Source: Octopus vulgaris (taxonomy: Eukaryota). From it: a DNA stretch of 64,000 bases. This document shows positions 24,435 through 38,381 of the stretch, piece by piece; the first letter of the stretch is position 1; each line of letters begins with the position of its first letter. The stretch is from contig OX597830.1 of the NCBI GenBank assembly GCA_951406725.2, forward strand, positions 45,880,001-45,944,000. Reading direction: 5' to 3'. A model generated the notes under the pieces. The model was not told where the DNA came from. It was given only the letters and a program-made list of their open reading frames with translations, and ran no database searches. Position numbers and translations under genes: made by a program.

Positions 24435-27400
24435 TATTCATGATTTCTATTTCCAATCAAACAAATATTTTCCTCAATATATTTCTTTCTCAACCATTTA
24501 AGCCTGTCTCTTCTCTTATTTTACCTCTTTCCCACATTAAAACAGACCCCTGCTTTCTCACTCTCCCCACCTATTCAATATCACTCTACATTTTCGCCTA
24601 ATATTTCTTTTTCGCTTCAGTTCTTACATATGGCTTCAATGCAATCACAAGTTTAGTAAAATTTTAACTGTGATTTAATTTTTTTTGTTTTTGTTTTTAA
24701 TACCCTGGAAGGAACCCTTTATCTCACAAAGCTTGTTCAGATTATGCTGTCAATGGATTTTGACACATGTTCTCAAGAATATGGATAAAGACTTTGTTGT
24801 TAGGCTGTTGAACTCATAATTGTAAGGTCAGGTGTTCAATTCCTTGGCTGGGTGGTACACTGAGTCCTCTGCACATCATAACCAGTCCACTCAAAAGTGC
24901 CTTGGATTGTAGGGCAACATGCCGTACTTAAGGAGATCTATTGAGTCAAGTACATCAACATCAGCAATATCAAAATCAAATCAAATGGAAATTGTAGTTG
25001 TGAGCCTCTTGTCAGTAGCACATAAAAAGCCCCACCCAAACGTGGCTCCAGAACTGAGAGGATATAAATTCGAGCCAGGGCCCACTTAAGGATAAAGTGT
25101 AGGTCAGTCTCTAGATGCGGGATCGTCTCTTCAGGCTATAATGGAAGGAAAGTTTTTATGATACTTTGGTGGGTATCTTCTTCCATTATAATCATTCTGT
25201 TGATTCAAGGAGCTGGAAATACCAAGAATGAAGTTCTCAGGCAGAGTAAACTCAACAACCGTTAATTCACAGGTGCTTCATACAAGGGGTTTGCTCTCAG
25301 TAACCATCCTCATTGCAGTGCATAGTTAGCCTTCTCTCCCATACGCCTGACGTTCAATACCCTCTGGAGACAATGCATGTGGTATCACAGTGGGACAGAA
25401 GTCTACCGTGAGCTCCTGGCTTCAAAGTCTTGCTTGGCATCAGCATGAGAAGAACAAGAGGGAAAATGTTGTTTTTTCCTTAAATAATGGTTGCAGGCAA
25501 GATCTTGTTTTTGTCTCACATATGGCAATATTTGCAGGCAAGATCTTGCTGTTTCAAAATGGTGCTGGCTTCTTTGTGCCTCACTGCAAGGCTAGGTCCA
25601 GTAAATTTGGAAGAGAACTGCATGATTTAGGGAAGCAGAAATGTCAAATTAAAACTACATGGAAACAAAAAAAAAAGCAGTTTCAGGATAAGTTATATCT
25701 ACGGTGTTAGACATTTCCCCTCTTTCTTTTGGTTTCTTGTGAAAAATATTTGATTACTTGCAGGAATCAAATGCAAATTTGTTCTGCTTTTGAATATTCC
25801 ATACTTTCATCCTTTTCTCTCACATTCCACCCAATTACCAGAAATGGCAACAGGGTGCCAAAAAGAAGTGTGGAATATAGTTATTCACAGCTCCCCATTT
25901 CTTTTTTTAATTAATGGAGACATTTATTATTAGCTATTCTTTGTAAAGTTTCTCTCTGTAAACATTTTCTTGATTATTTGGAATAATTAAGGATACATAA
26001 TTCATTCAGTTCTCATAATTAAACTCACAATCTAGATTAACTTATTGTATACTATTCAAAAGAAGAGTAGCTCAGCATCGTGATAGGACTGTTAGAAGAC
26101 AGGGGATGTGAGTGACCATGAGGCAGCTCTATAAAGTATGGAGCAAAGGGTTGTGAAGTTGGGTTGGGTATGGCTGTGTGCATGGTCTCATCTCACTGAT
26201 TCCTGTGCATTTGAGAAGGAGAGAAGACTGAAGCTGCCATTTGCATTTTATAATTCATTGTTATTGTATAACACAGCCACAGCCCAACCTAACTTCACAT
26301 CACTTTATTCCAAACGTTACATTTGTCACCATTCTCTTTAACTTCATATTTTAGATATTCAAATACAAATTACCATTTGTGATGTTGGAATGTATTAAAT
26401 GCATGAGAAATAAGAAATTAAAGAAGGAATTATAGAGGTACATGAACTGTGATCTACCAACATAATATCGTTCTTGAGAGCATAAAAGCACCCATTACAC
26501 TCTCAGAGTGGTTGGTGTTAGGAAGGGCATCCAGCCATAGAAATCATGCCAAATCAGACTAGAGTCTGGTGCAGCCCCTCAGCTTACCAGCCCTGGTCAA
26601 ACCATCCAACTCATGCTAGCATGGACAACAGATGCTAAAGATGCTAATGATGATGATGAGTATCAATGAGTTTACCCAGCATAGCAAAGGCAATGGTGGC
26701 AGGTGCTGTTCTTCATCTTCAATCATCACAGGTCAACCCCTGAGACCGTTTGTGTGGTCTGAAATATTTGCCTTAGTATGACACCCTTGAAATGTGTCAC
26801 TCACTGTAGTCATGTCCAACCTACTACTAATATTCCTTCATTGTATTACTATAGGGGCAGAGCTGGGTGGAGGTTGATGTCCACTGGTTTGTATAAAACA
26901 TTTTTGTTGCAAATATTTTTGCTGCAGAAAAATTTGGCATATTTAGTCTTTTGTCCTGATAATATTTGGCAAAGGTATTTTTGCAGTTAATCTTTATAAA
27001 CAACAATAAAAGTACTTTGTTTGAACAGAGTTCATAATCTGTTGGCATAAACAAAGTACATTGTTTGTCAAACTGGAAAAAGAAAAGACAAAACAAAACA
27101 ACACAATATGAAGTGGTTTACCCCAAAATATGTTTTAATTCTTCAGTTGTCTACATTCTTCTTATTTTCTGATTTGATAATCATGGAAACTGTCAACCAA
27201 ACAATTAGAATATACTTTTCAATATTACTTACTATGAAGGTGGCTCCAGCTGGCAGAATCATTAGCATGCCAAGCAAAATGCTTTGGTGGCATTTCATCC
27301 ATTTTTATTATCTGAGTTCAAATTCCACTGAGATTGACTTTGTCTTTCATTCTTTTAGGGGGTCAATAAAATGAGTACCAGTTGAGTACGGGGGTTGATG

Positions 27401-28353
27401 TAATCAACTCATTCCCCACCCTCAAATTTGCTGGCCTTGGGCCAAAATTTGAAACCAATGTTACTTAATATGACTTTTATTAATCTGCTCCAAGTATTCA
27501 GTTGATCTTTATAGGTTTTGAAGTGTGAAGAAATGTGCGCATGAATTCCATATGTAATTGCATGTGCGAACGTGTTGCGAGTGTAACTGTTTGCAGATGT
27601 AATTGTGTGTTGACAAATGTCCTCCACCTTCTGCCACTTTGCATTCTACCTACAACACTTTCATTACAGAATACTTTCTTTGTTGAATAGTTTCTTTCTT
27701 TAACTATAAACACATCTAGTTATTACTGCTAGCAAAGTATTTGCCATCTAAAACCACAGCATGATGAATTTTTTGTCAGTCATGCTACACCTCACATGCA
27801 CACTCAATGCATGGAGTCCTTTTGTTTCCTTCCCCCCTTCCACAAGAATGGTATTCTAGAAGAGCTCTTTGACAGTTATATGAAAGAATTTGATTGAAGA
27901 TGGTGCAATGAAGCATAGGAATTGAGTGAGGGTGAGAATTTGAAACCATTCTTAGTGCTATATGAGAACAATGTGTTCTTTGATTATATATTTGTATCTC
28001 TGATTTGCTGTTCTGAAATTAAAAATCTCAGCTTTATTTCTTTTTGTAAAACTACTTCGTTGTAATATCCGTAGATCTACTGTCCTCTGCACGAATTACT
28101 TCAAAATTTCTTTTCAGATATATTCGTCACAAGAAGGTGGACATAGACAAACATCACATAAGTGTGTATGTTTATATCTAAAGAAGTTGAGTGTTTTAAA
28201 TAAAGAAAGCATTCAAAGAACTACAATATTCTATAATGAGAGAAGTTTGAAATCAATTTGGTGCACTAATGTCCAATATTGCCAACGCTTCAAAAGAGTT
28301 GTTGATATTTCATTACCAAATTCAAAATTTTAAATTCAGAAATGATGGTTAAA

Positions 28354-28603
28354 CATTATTTACATTATTTACATTTGACAGATATTTGACCTCATCTTGT
28401 TTGTTGTTAACACAGCATTTCAGCTGATATACCCTCTAGCCTTAGGAAGGAGAAGCCAGGTTCGAAATTTCCCCAAGACACTTGATTAAGGCTGTAGGGT
28501 ATAATCAGCCGAAACGTTGTGTTAACAACAAACAAGATGAGGAGAAATATCTGTCAAATGTAAATAATGTACATAATTCCTCATCTCTTAAATATAGAAC
28601 TGT
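28354..28603. mobile_element. Inverted-duplicated hammerhead-bearing element (same family as 8324-9005) with 12-bp TSD
   Basis: Arms at about 28362-28443 and 28488-28571. ATGATGGTTAAA is duplicated at 28342-28353 and 28604-28615. Confidence 0.8.
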
Positions 28604-29339
28604 ATGATGGTTAAAATTTCAGAGCTTGGTGAAACAATGGTTAAGATCTTAGCAGATCACTACTGAGTCCAGATACTTGCACTACAAGACTTTAAAGGTT
28701 GTGAAGTAGTGAACACAAAGGTAAGATTGTTTATAGCAAATGTAGAGAAAGCCTTAAATCTTCATCCAAACCAAGAAATATCTGAGATCTATGGACATTT
28801 TTAAGATGTTAGGTATAAGCGCGTATATTACTGTATTCTTGGAGATAAATGTGCATGTATAGGGCTAGATTAAAAGATTAAAAGGTCATCGAAAGGTCAC
28901 TTTGCTCATCTCCCATGGACCCTGATCTTTTCTTTTTATCCTTTACTTGTCATTAGACTGCAGCCATACTGGAGCGTCACCTTTGAAGAGTTTTGAGTTG
29001 AATGAATCGACCACAATACTGCTTTCATTTTTAAACCTGGTACTTGTTTTATCAGTCTCTTGCCAAACCACTAAGTCACAGGGACATAAACAAACCAACA
29101 CTAGTTGCAAAGCAATGGTGGAAACAAACATAGACATAAAGACACACCTGCATGTGTATATACATGTATGTACATATATGTATGTACACATGTATTAAGG
29201 TTATGAGCGGTAATGGTGTCAAGAAGACCCAAAGGTGTCAGCTAATGCTGAGTAAGTGCTATGGACAGACTATAGTTAAGCTCCAGGTTCAGAGATTATG
29301 TGAATGAGGAGTCCAACGTAAGTCATGTATCAGCATGTG

Positions 29340-29760
29340 TATATACAAAAAAATGAACAGAATGAGATGAAAATCCAAGGCTGTGAAAGATTTCAAAACA
29401 TTTATAAAGAGAAGGTCTTACAGCTGTTTCTGGGATATTTTATATATCCCTTCATTGGAGAAGGTGTGAGACAATGGTTAAGCAATAGTTATTCAAGATA
29501 ATATATGAAATAGAGAGTGAAGTGGAGGAATGAAAATAGACGCGAAATATGCAGGGATATTGTTTTCGTTCCTCCACTTCACTCTCCATTTCATATCTTA
29601 TCTAGAATAACTATTGCTTAACCATTTTCTTACACCGTCTCCGATGAAGGGGTATATAAAATATCCCGGAAACAGCTGTAAGACCTTCTCTTTATAAATG
29701 TTCTGAAATCTTTCACAGCCTTGGATTTTTATCTCATTCTGTTAATTTTTTTACATATAT
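29340..29760. mobile_element. Foldback element with about 195-bp arms carrying hammerhead-like motifs (Penelope-type terminal repeat)
   Basis: 29340-29538 is the reverse complement of about 29560-29760. GTCT-CCGATGAA-GGG..CCC-GGAAACAGCTGTA-AGAC at 29637-29684. Confidence 0.75.
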
Positions 29761-30090
29761 GTATATGTGTGTGTGTGTATGTGTGTGTGTGTGTATACAA
29801 TGGGTTTCATTCAGTTTCCATCTACCAAATCCACTTACAAGGCATTGGTTGGCCCAAGGCTATAAAAGAAGACATTTGTTCAAGGTTCCACACAGTAGGA
29901 CTGAACCTGAAAACATGTTGTTGGGAAACTTCTTACCACACAACCATGCCTGTGCTTATGTTCTAGTGACAGTCTGACCATTTGCTTAATTCCCCAAACC
30001 TATTTTCATCCCTCCCCATTATCTCACACTGACATGTAAACTGCCATTCATCTCTGAGATGCATATTACTTATCCTCCATCTTTCTAGCT

Positions 30091-30608
30091 CAGTGGTTTC
30101 CAAACATTTTCAGGCTGCTACTCCCTTGACACCTAGGTCACATTCCTAGTGCCCCCATCCCAGCTGACCATCACAACCATAGACCTCTTTCTGAAGCAAA
30201 TCCAAAGTAATTGTATTTCACAAATAAAACTTAACCTAACAAACCCATTATTTTGTTGTTTTTACATGAATTGTTACCCCATTATTTATTATTTTATTTC
30301 CCACTGGAGGCTAAACATAGAGGGGACAAACAAGGACAGACAAAGCGATTAAGTCGATTACATCGACCCCAGTGCCTAACTGGTACTTATTTAATCGACC
30401 CCGAAAGGATGAAAGGCAAAGTCAACCTTGGCAGAGTTTGAACTCAGAATGTAATGGTAGCCGAAATACTGCTAAGCATTCCGGCCGACATGCTAACGAT
30501 TCTGCCAGCTCATCGCCTTACCCCATTATTGCCCCACTTTACTTCAATGCCTCCTTGGAACTCCCCCCTCTGCCAAGAGGGCAATACCTCTCACTTTGGG
30601 AACCACAG
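30091..30608. mobile_element. hAT MITE with a nested family A SINE (about 30287-30517, minus)
   Basis: 8-bp TSD TTCTAGCT/TTCTAACT. The nested SINE is flanked by a 13-bp TSD TTACCCCATTATT (30274-30286 and 30518-30530). Confidence 0.85.
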
Positions 30609-31620
30609 TTCTAACTCATCTCTGCTCTCAACACTGCACTCTATACTTTGAACGTTGCTCTGAATGATGGCCTCTACCCATATGTGAATCCGTTCTCTGC
30701 ACCAATCATATCTTACGACTGGATCTTATCAACAATGACTCCCAGTTAGTCTGGCTCAAAATCTCCCTTTCCATTTCTTCTGAATTCACCCTCTGCCGTT
30801 TCTATCGTATCCCAAATCCATCCAATCCTTATCAACAATCTGATTATCTCTCATCCTTCACTAAACATCTCCATCTCACACCACTTCTCACAACAGAAGG
30901 CATTGTCTTTCGTATCTTCAATGTGAACAACTGGTTCTAGTTCTCACACTCCTCCTCTCACACCATTTCTGCTGGCAAACAGGCCATACCATTTTCCACT
31001 GTAAATTGTCTGTGCATGATGATGATGATGATGATGATGATAATCATCATCATTATCCTCATCCTCTTCCTCATCATTGTTTTAATGTCTACTTCTCCAT
31101 AGCTACATACGCTGCACAGAATTTGTTGAGATAGATGCTCTCTTCATCTGTTTCTAAGTGAGGCAATATTTACTCAATGTCCAGACCAGTTTTCATGGAA
31201 GATTGGGAATGAACAACACTGCTTGTATGACAGTGCATCTCATTTACAACTATGATGAAATATCAAGACAAGGAGACACTGACACACACACACACACACA
31301 CATACACATGTACACACATATATGAATACATATATGTATGTGTGTTTCAACATATGTACATATACACGTACACACACATATATATATATGTATATATATA
31401 TATCATCATCATCGTTTAATGTCTGTTTTCCATGCTAGCACGGGTTGGACAGTTTGACCAGGGTCTGGGAAGCCTGGAGGCTCCACCAGGCTCCAGTCTA
31501 AGAGAGAGAAATATATAGATACATAGATCTATCATATCATCATCATCAATATTCAATGTCCATTTTGATATCTATCTAATTATCTCTCTATCTTTCTCTC
31601 TCTCTCTATCTATCTATTTA

Positions 31621-31974
31621 CAAATATTCTATAACTATAAACATAATTATAATTAGGGGTCAGCTAATTGCTTCACAACATACCGAATTTAGAAATAGGA
31701 GTTAAAAATCCCTTTTCTACTACTGTAAGAATCTCCATGACAGTAACACTTTTTTACGAAGGCAAAGAGAAAAAACAATGAATCAACAAGACTCTGATTA
31801 GTCACAGACACATTTTGAGATTAAAGGGTTTTAATTACTTACTTCTCTCCTCAGTCATGGAGATTCTCACAGTAGAAGAAAAGAGAATTTTAACTCCTAT
31901 TTCTAAATTTGGTATGTGGTGAAGCAATTAGCTGACCCCTAATTATAATTATGTTTATAATTATAGAATATTTG
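31621..31974. repeat. Long inverted repeat (about 120-bp arms, about 110-bp spacer), probably TE-derived
   Basis: 31621-31741 is the reverse complement of 31854-31974 with a few mismatches. Confidence 0.8.
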
Positions 31975-32106
31975 CATAATTTTACCTATAAAGGTTATTT
32001 TAACATACCGATCTACTTGGTAAAATTATTAATTAATTGATTGATTAATTAATTAATTTAATTGATTAATTTTACCCTTTTATTATTAATTTGAAATTAT
32101 CTATTT

Positions 32107-32146
<40 letters not shown>

Positions 32147-32214
32147 CATATACACATATATGTATATATATATGTGTGTGTGTGTATGTATATATATATA
32201 TATATACATACATA

Positions 32215-32255
32215 TAGATAGATAGACAGATAGATAGATAGATAGATAGATATAC

Positions 32256-32321
<66 letters not shown>

Positions 32322-32368
32322 TTAGATTGATTGATAGATAGATAGATAGGTAGGTAGGTAGATAGATA
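32215..32368. repeat. (GATA)n microsatellite
   Basis: Read directly from the sequence. Confidence 0.95.
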
Positions 32369-33261
32369 TTAATGAAAGTATAGCACCTCTAGAGTTATCT
32401 CTTTGCCCTCATTCTCTGCAAATATTGATTAACAAATGTTGAAGCTGAATGTCAACTGCATCAGTCTCACCAACCTGGGAAAACTTGTAAAGGTCATTGC
32501 CACTACCTCCTCCTCCTCTTCCTCCTCCTCCTCCCCTCCTCCCCACCCCTCCCGCCGTCGTCACCATCATCATCATCATCTAACTTATGAAAACATGTTC
32601 AAAGTAATGTACTTGATGCTCAAGAAAAAAGTGAATCTGTTGAAGAAGTTGCAAAAATACATTTACAAAAGCAACAAATTTATTGACTGCATAAACCGGC
32701 GCTTACCGAAACTGTTTCAAAAGTAGTCTTTGATTGATAGAATCAGTCGAGGTTTGGACAAAATTAACTGTGATATTTAATTACATCGTTTTAAATAAAT
32801 CTTGCACATATCCATTTAGGGTCCCTTATTTCTGAGATCAATACATTTAGTAACAATTGAGAAAACAAGAACTGGGGTTGATGTAAGCCATTGGACCCTT
32901 GAAAATGGTGCCCCAGCATGGCTCAGTGACTGAAACCATTAAAAAATGTTTCTGGAAAGAATCTTTGAAAGAGATTACCTATATCATATCAGAGATCATC
33001 TAAATCTAATCTAGCCCCATGTTTCCTTCCAACTATAATCAGCTTCCTTTCAAAATTTATGCACCTGAAATATTTCTCAAGAAATTTTACTTCAGCAACA
33101 AAAATCATCTTAAAATATTTTTCAATATTTCCTTTCTTCTTGAATGGTAATGCGTGGATTTCTTTGACTACCAGCTAACATATCAAAGATTTTATAATCA
33201 TTACAGCTTGCTATCATGTACAGAGTTAGACATTTATTTCTTTTGTCAGTAAGTGACGTTT

Positions 33262-33320
33262 GAGTACACCACATGTGAAGAGGACACCACATGTGTAGAG
33301 TACACCACATGTGTAGAGTA
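33262..33320. repeat. 18-bp tandem repeat, about 3.3 copies, each containing CACATGTG
   Basis: GAGTACACCACATGTGAA / GAGGACACCACATGTGTA / GAGTACACCACATGTGTA / GAGTA. Confidence 0.9.
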
Positions 33321-35450
33321 ATCTTGTGTTTTGCCATAACCAATACCAACATGACGTAAAGTGATATTAGTCAGAAGATTTGGAGGTGGAGTGTCAGATC
33401 TGAGTATATTGGGCCTCAAAGATGGGATGATTGAAGACTGAGAATAATAGACACTTTGCCTTTCATCTTTTTGGAATCAATAAGCTAAAATACCAATCAA
33501 GTCAACATGTCCGATGACATTAGCGGTATTCTTCCACACTAATTTCTGGCTTTGTGCTTCTATTAGAAACAAGTAGAACCTTTAGAATATTGGACCAAAT
33601 GACTTGAGTATGGGTCCCAGAATTATTAGAATAGTATTTAGTTGTGCTATTCTGCTCTGAGTTCAAATCCTTTCAGGGTTGATAAAATAAAGTACTAATC
33701 AAGTACCCCTCCCCACCACCACAAAATTTCAAGCAATTTGATTATTTAATTTTGTATTTCCTAAAACATAACTACCAGTCTCTGGATGCTATATATTATA
33801 TATCCAAAGGAATATCTTCACAGAGCTTTCTTTAACCTGAAGAAACAATTGTTTGGTGAGGAGAGAGAAGCAGGTTTAAAAATATGGAATCTCTCATCAC
33901 AAGGTCATTGTTCAAATCTGGCTTAATTAATTTTTGTCTGGATTTGAGTGAAGTACAGTATGTTGTCATTAAACCATTTAATCAGCCAACATAATCAATC
34001 AGTTGAGCATTAATATCTGTGTTTCACCATCTTGCTTAAAGTGGGTCAATAGGGGAGGAGACTCTATTCGCTAGAAATAATAGTCGAGTCTCTCTGAAAT
34101 CATACACTCCCATTGTAAAAAAACAAGAGAGAATATATTAGATGATGTAGTCAGAGACACTCTGTGGGTGGGGAGGAAATGGAATGGTAACAATAGGAAT
34201 GGTTTTGCTTATGTTTTTCTTGCTTAGTGCAGGGATACAACTTCTGAAATTTTGTAAGACTGGCAAGAGGATTAGGGCTCAGAGCTGACCTGGGGCTAAA
34301 CAACAACAAAGCAATAACAAGTGAACATCATCATAATTTAACGTCCGTTTTCCATGCTAGCAAGAGTTGGACGATTTTGACTGAGGGCTGGCTAACCAAA
34401 TGGCTGTGTCAGGCTCCAATCTGATCTGGCAGAGTTTCTACAGATGGATGCCCTTCCTAATGCCAACCACTCCGAGAGTGTAGTGGGTGCTTTTGCGTGC
34501 CACCGGCACGAGGGCCAGTCTGGCAGTACTGGCAACGGCCATGCTCAAGCAGACATTCCCCCATAAGTCAACATGAATCTGTCAGAATATTTTTGTTGCA
34601 AACATCCTTTGCCCAAAATATTAAAAGTTTCTAATTTGTAACTGCAAAATGAAATCCAAGCATTTTGTCTTTGTTAGTTAACCCAGTAGGAAACTAAATG
34701 CTGGATAGTTGATATTTTAAAACGAACTGTAATTAAATTATTAAATCATTAAGTTATCTTAAATATTGATTAGATTCTCAAAATTATACACGTGAGTGGG
34801 GGATTCTGAAAAGTGCTTGGCTTTTGGGTTAAAGAAAACAGAGGAGGATCAGGTAATTATGATTTTATTCAACATATTCCCTGCTCAGATTCACACACTT
34901 ATTGCTGCAGACTTTCAGTTTTTCTAAGCCCTGTAAAAGAACTTGCAAGGTTGGGCCTCTAACCAGGCCTTTCATAATACCCTTAAAGCCAGAAACTTTT
35001 CAGCACACCCTTCTATATACATATTACCAAAACCATGAAATGAGTGTTCAACACCACTTTGTTGGATATATAATTTCTTGATTTGTGAATTAAGGCTACC
35101 ATTGGTTTCATGTTAAGAAGAGTAGGAGAATATTCTAGTGTCTTAACAATTTTTCGAGCCGATCACATGGAGAAAGGTATTTGCCTCCATTTTGGAAATA
35201 TATATATATATATATTTTGTGCCCAATATTTTAATGAACTTTTTTATATTTTCCCAAGATTTTTCCTTGTAAGCTGTTTTTAACATGTTCTTATTATTAT
35301 CAAAGAATGTATGTATGTATTGTAATATTTTGCGACAACCAGTACCTAACACAACAAAGCTTTTACAATTTACTTTTGACAATCTTTTTCTAAAAAGGTG
35401 AAACCGGTCAAGTAAATAAACATCTTTTAAAATTGCATTTTCAAAACTTC

Positions 35451-35496
<46 letters not shown>

Positions 35497-35533
35497 TCAT
35501 CATCATCATCAACGTTAAACGATGATGATGATG

Positions 35534-35568
<35 letters not shown>

Positions 35569-36344
35569 TAGATATAGAGATATGCATACATACACGTGCG
35601 CGCACACACACAATTTCTAGTCCTCTGTAACTTAAGTGTTCCCTAACGATCCTTTCTCATTAAAAACTCATTTACACTTGGAACATCCAATGCAGGGTTC
35701 TATGCAACCAGAATGTGGAAACAGAGATAGGAACTAATAACACAACTTCTGTTTTTCTTAATTTCTCTTATACACCCCCACACACCCACACATGCATATA
35801 TCATCATCATCATCATCCTCATCATTTAACATCGATTGGCTTGATTGATGTCAGGAAGCTAGAGAACTGTGTCAGGCTTCGTTATTTGCTTTGTAATGGT
35901 TCCTCCAGATAAACAGCCTTCCTAATGGCATCCACTTTACAGAGTTTACTGGCTGCTTTTTACTTGGCACCAGCACTAGCAGGGTCTCCAGGTAGCTTGC
36001 AAGACAAAACCCCCTCGGCTGGGAGAAGGAATAATAGTGAGGGTCAGGGTGGCTTTGTGCAGGTTGAGAAGTTACAGTATAGGAGAGGGAGAGAGATAGG
36101 TGCCTTAGTATAGGGGACATATTTGGCTACTCAAGTAGGGAAAGATAGGAGAGAGTTAGAGAGAGAGAGAGCAAGAGAGAAAGAGAGAGAGAGAGAGAAA
36201 TAGATGGTGCTAGAGATGCATCAGGACATACCCCCAAGGTTTTGTGTTGGGTGAATATAAGTGGTACAGAAGAAGGGATGTTTCATAAGATTGTTGGGGG
36301 AGTTCTGTGGGAGTGGGCATGGTAGTAAAGGACATGCCAGTATG

Positions 36345-37032
36345 TATGGCCATGAGTTTACTTAGCTTCAGTGTCTTCTCAAGCCCAGTAAAGCACCAGA
36401 TGTCTCAGTCCTTCATCACCTCTGTGAGGTTCTACATCTGAAGATCATTTCTCATCACTTCATTTCACATCTTTCAGGATGTTCCTCTTCCATAGGTTCC
36501 CTCCACAATTACAGATTGGCACTTCTTTATGCAGCTGTCCTCACCCATACCCATCACACATACCCATACCAGTGCAGTCTCCTCTTTGGCACACTACAGC
36601 TGATATCTCTCAGACCCAATTTTTCTCTTAAAACATTCACACTCTGTCGAACATGCACGCTGACATTGTACATCCAGTGGAGCATGCTAGCTTCATTTCT
36701 TCCAACCTTTCGCATGTCCTCTGCGGTCACAGTCCATATTTCACTGCCATGTAGCATAGCTGTTCACACACAGGCATCATACAACCTGCCTTTCATTCGA
36801 AGGAAGAGGCTCTTTGCTACCAACAAAGGTAGTAGCTCTCTGAATTTTGCCCAGCCAGTTCTTATTCTAGCAACAACACTTTCAGAGCATCCTCCTCCAT
36901 TGCCAACTTGGTTGCCCAGGTAACAGAAGCTATCTACTACTTCTAAGGATCCCCACCCCACTAGACATTTAAGGATGTCTATTTTCTGCACATTCTTAGT
37001 GTTTATTGTACCTGCACATCTGCTACACACAG
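36345..37032 (-). mobile_element. RTE-clade LINE 3' fragment
   Basis: LEVVDSFCYLG...ARIRTGWAKFRELLPLL...KGRLYDACV and MLHGSEIW...RRLHWYGYV. Confidence 0.88.
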
Positions 37033-37297
37033 ATATATAATCATCATCATCATCATTATCATGATATATATATTTATATATATATATACATATGTACACA
37101 CATATATATATATATATTTATATATATATATACACCTATATGTATATATGTACACAAAATATTCTACATTTATATACATAATTATAATGAGGAGTTGGCT
37201 AATTACCTCGCCACGTACTGAATTAGAAATAGATGCTAATGTCTTTTCAACTACCATAAAAACTTCGAGAAATATATATATATATATATATATATAT

Positions 37298-37529
37298 TAC
37301 TCTCTTTCTCTCTTTTACTCTTTTACTTGTTTCAGTCATTTGACTGCGGCCATGCTGGAGCACCGCCTTTAGTCGAGCAAATCGACCCCGGGACTTATTC
37401 TTTGTAAGCCCAGTACTTATTCTATCAGTCTCTTTTGCCGAACCGCTAAGTGACGGGGACGTAAACACACCAGCATCGGTTGTCAAGCAATGCTAGGGGG
37501 GACAAACACAGACACACAAACACACACAC

Positions 37530-37560
<31 letters not shown>

Positions 37561-37699
37561 CATATATACGACAGGCTTCTTTCAGTTTCCGTCTACCAAA
37601 TCCACTCACAAGGCATTGGTCGGCCCGGGGCTATAGTAGAAGACACTTACCCAAGATGCCACGCAGTGGGACTGAACCTGGAACCATGTGGTTGGTTAG

Positions 37700-37700
<1 letters not shown>
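37298..37700 (-). mobile_element. tRNA-derived SINE, family B
   Basis: Near-identical reverse complement of 61727-62135. Other copies or fragments near 16190, 16985, 19520, 20870, 28930, 29795 and 44428. Confidence 0.9.
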
Positions 37701-37734
<34 letters not shown>

Positions 37735-37982
37735 AATTGAGATAGGGGTTGTAAGTGCAACCCCCCATGGGATAACATATATCCAATATACTGCTAGTAA
37801 AGCACCCAACAAAGTTAATACATAAATGTTAAGATGCTATGCAATTAATTCATTTATTGTATTATATGGGCAAAGGTAAAATGTTTTACCACAAATTAAT
37901 AATACAAAATAAGAAAATAGAGATACACATCTTAATCAATGATCTTGATCATTGATTAAGATGTATTTCTCCATTTTCTTAT

Positions 37983-38033
<51 letters not shown>

Positions 38034-38064
38034 ACATATATATACATATGTGTGTGTGCGTGTG

Positions 38065-38107
<43 letters not shown>

Positions 38108-38257
38108 TGAATGATCCAGTTCATTTGTATTCCTCTTATAACCACTCTTTATCCCGTGGACTTGGTCTTCAATAAAGGTCTCCATCTCAACTGTTGATTC
38201 CCTTTCTCTCCATAGACACACAGACACACGCACACAAATATTTACACATATATAAAC

Positions 38258-38381
<124 letters not shown>

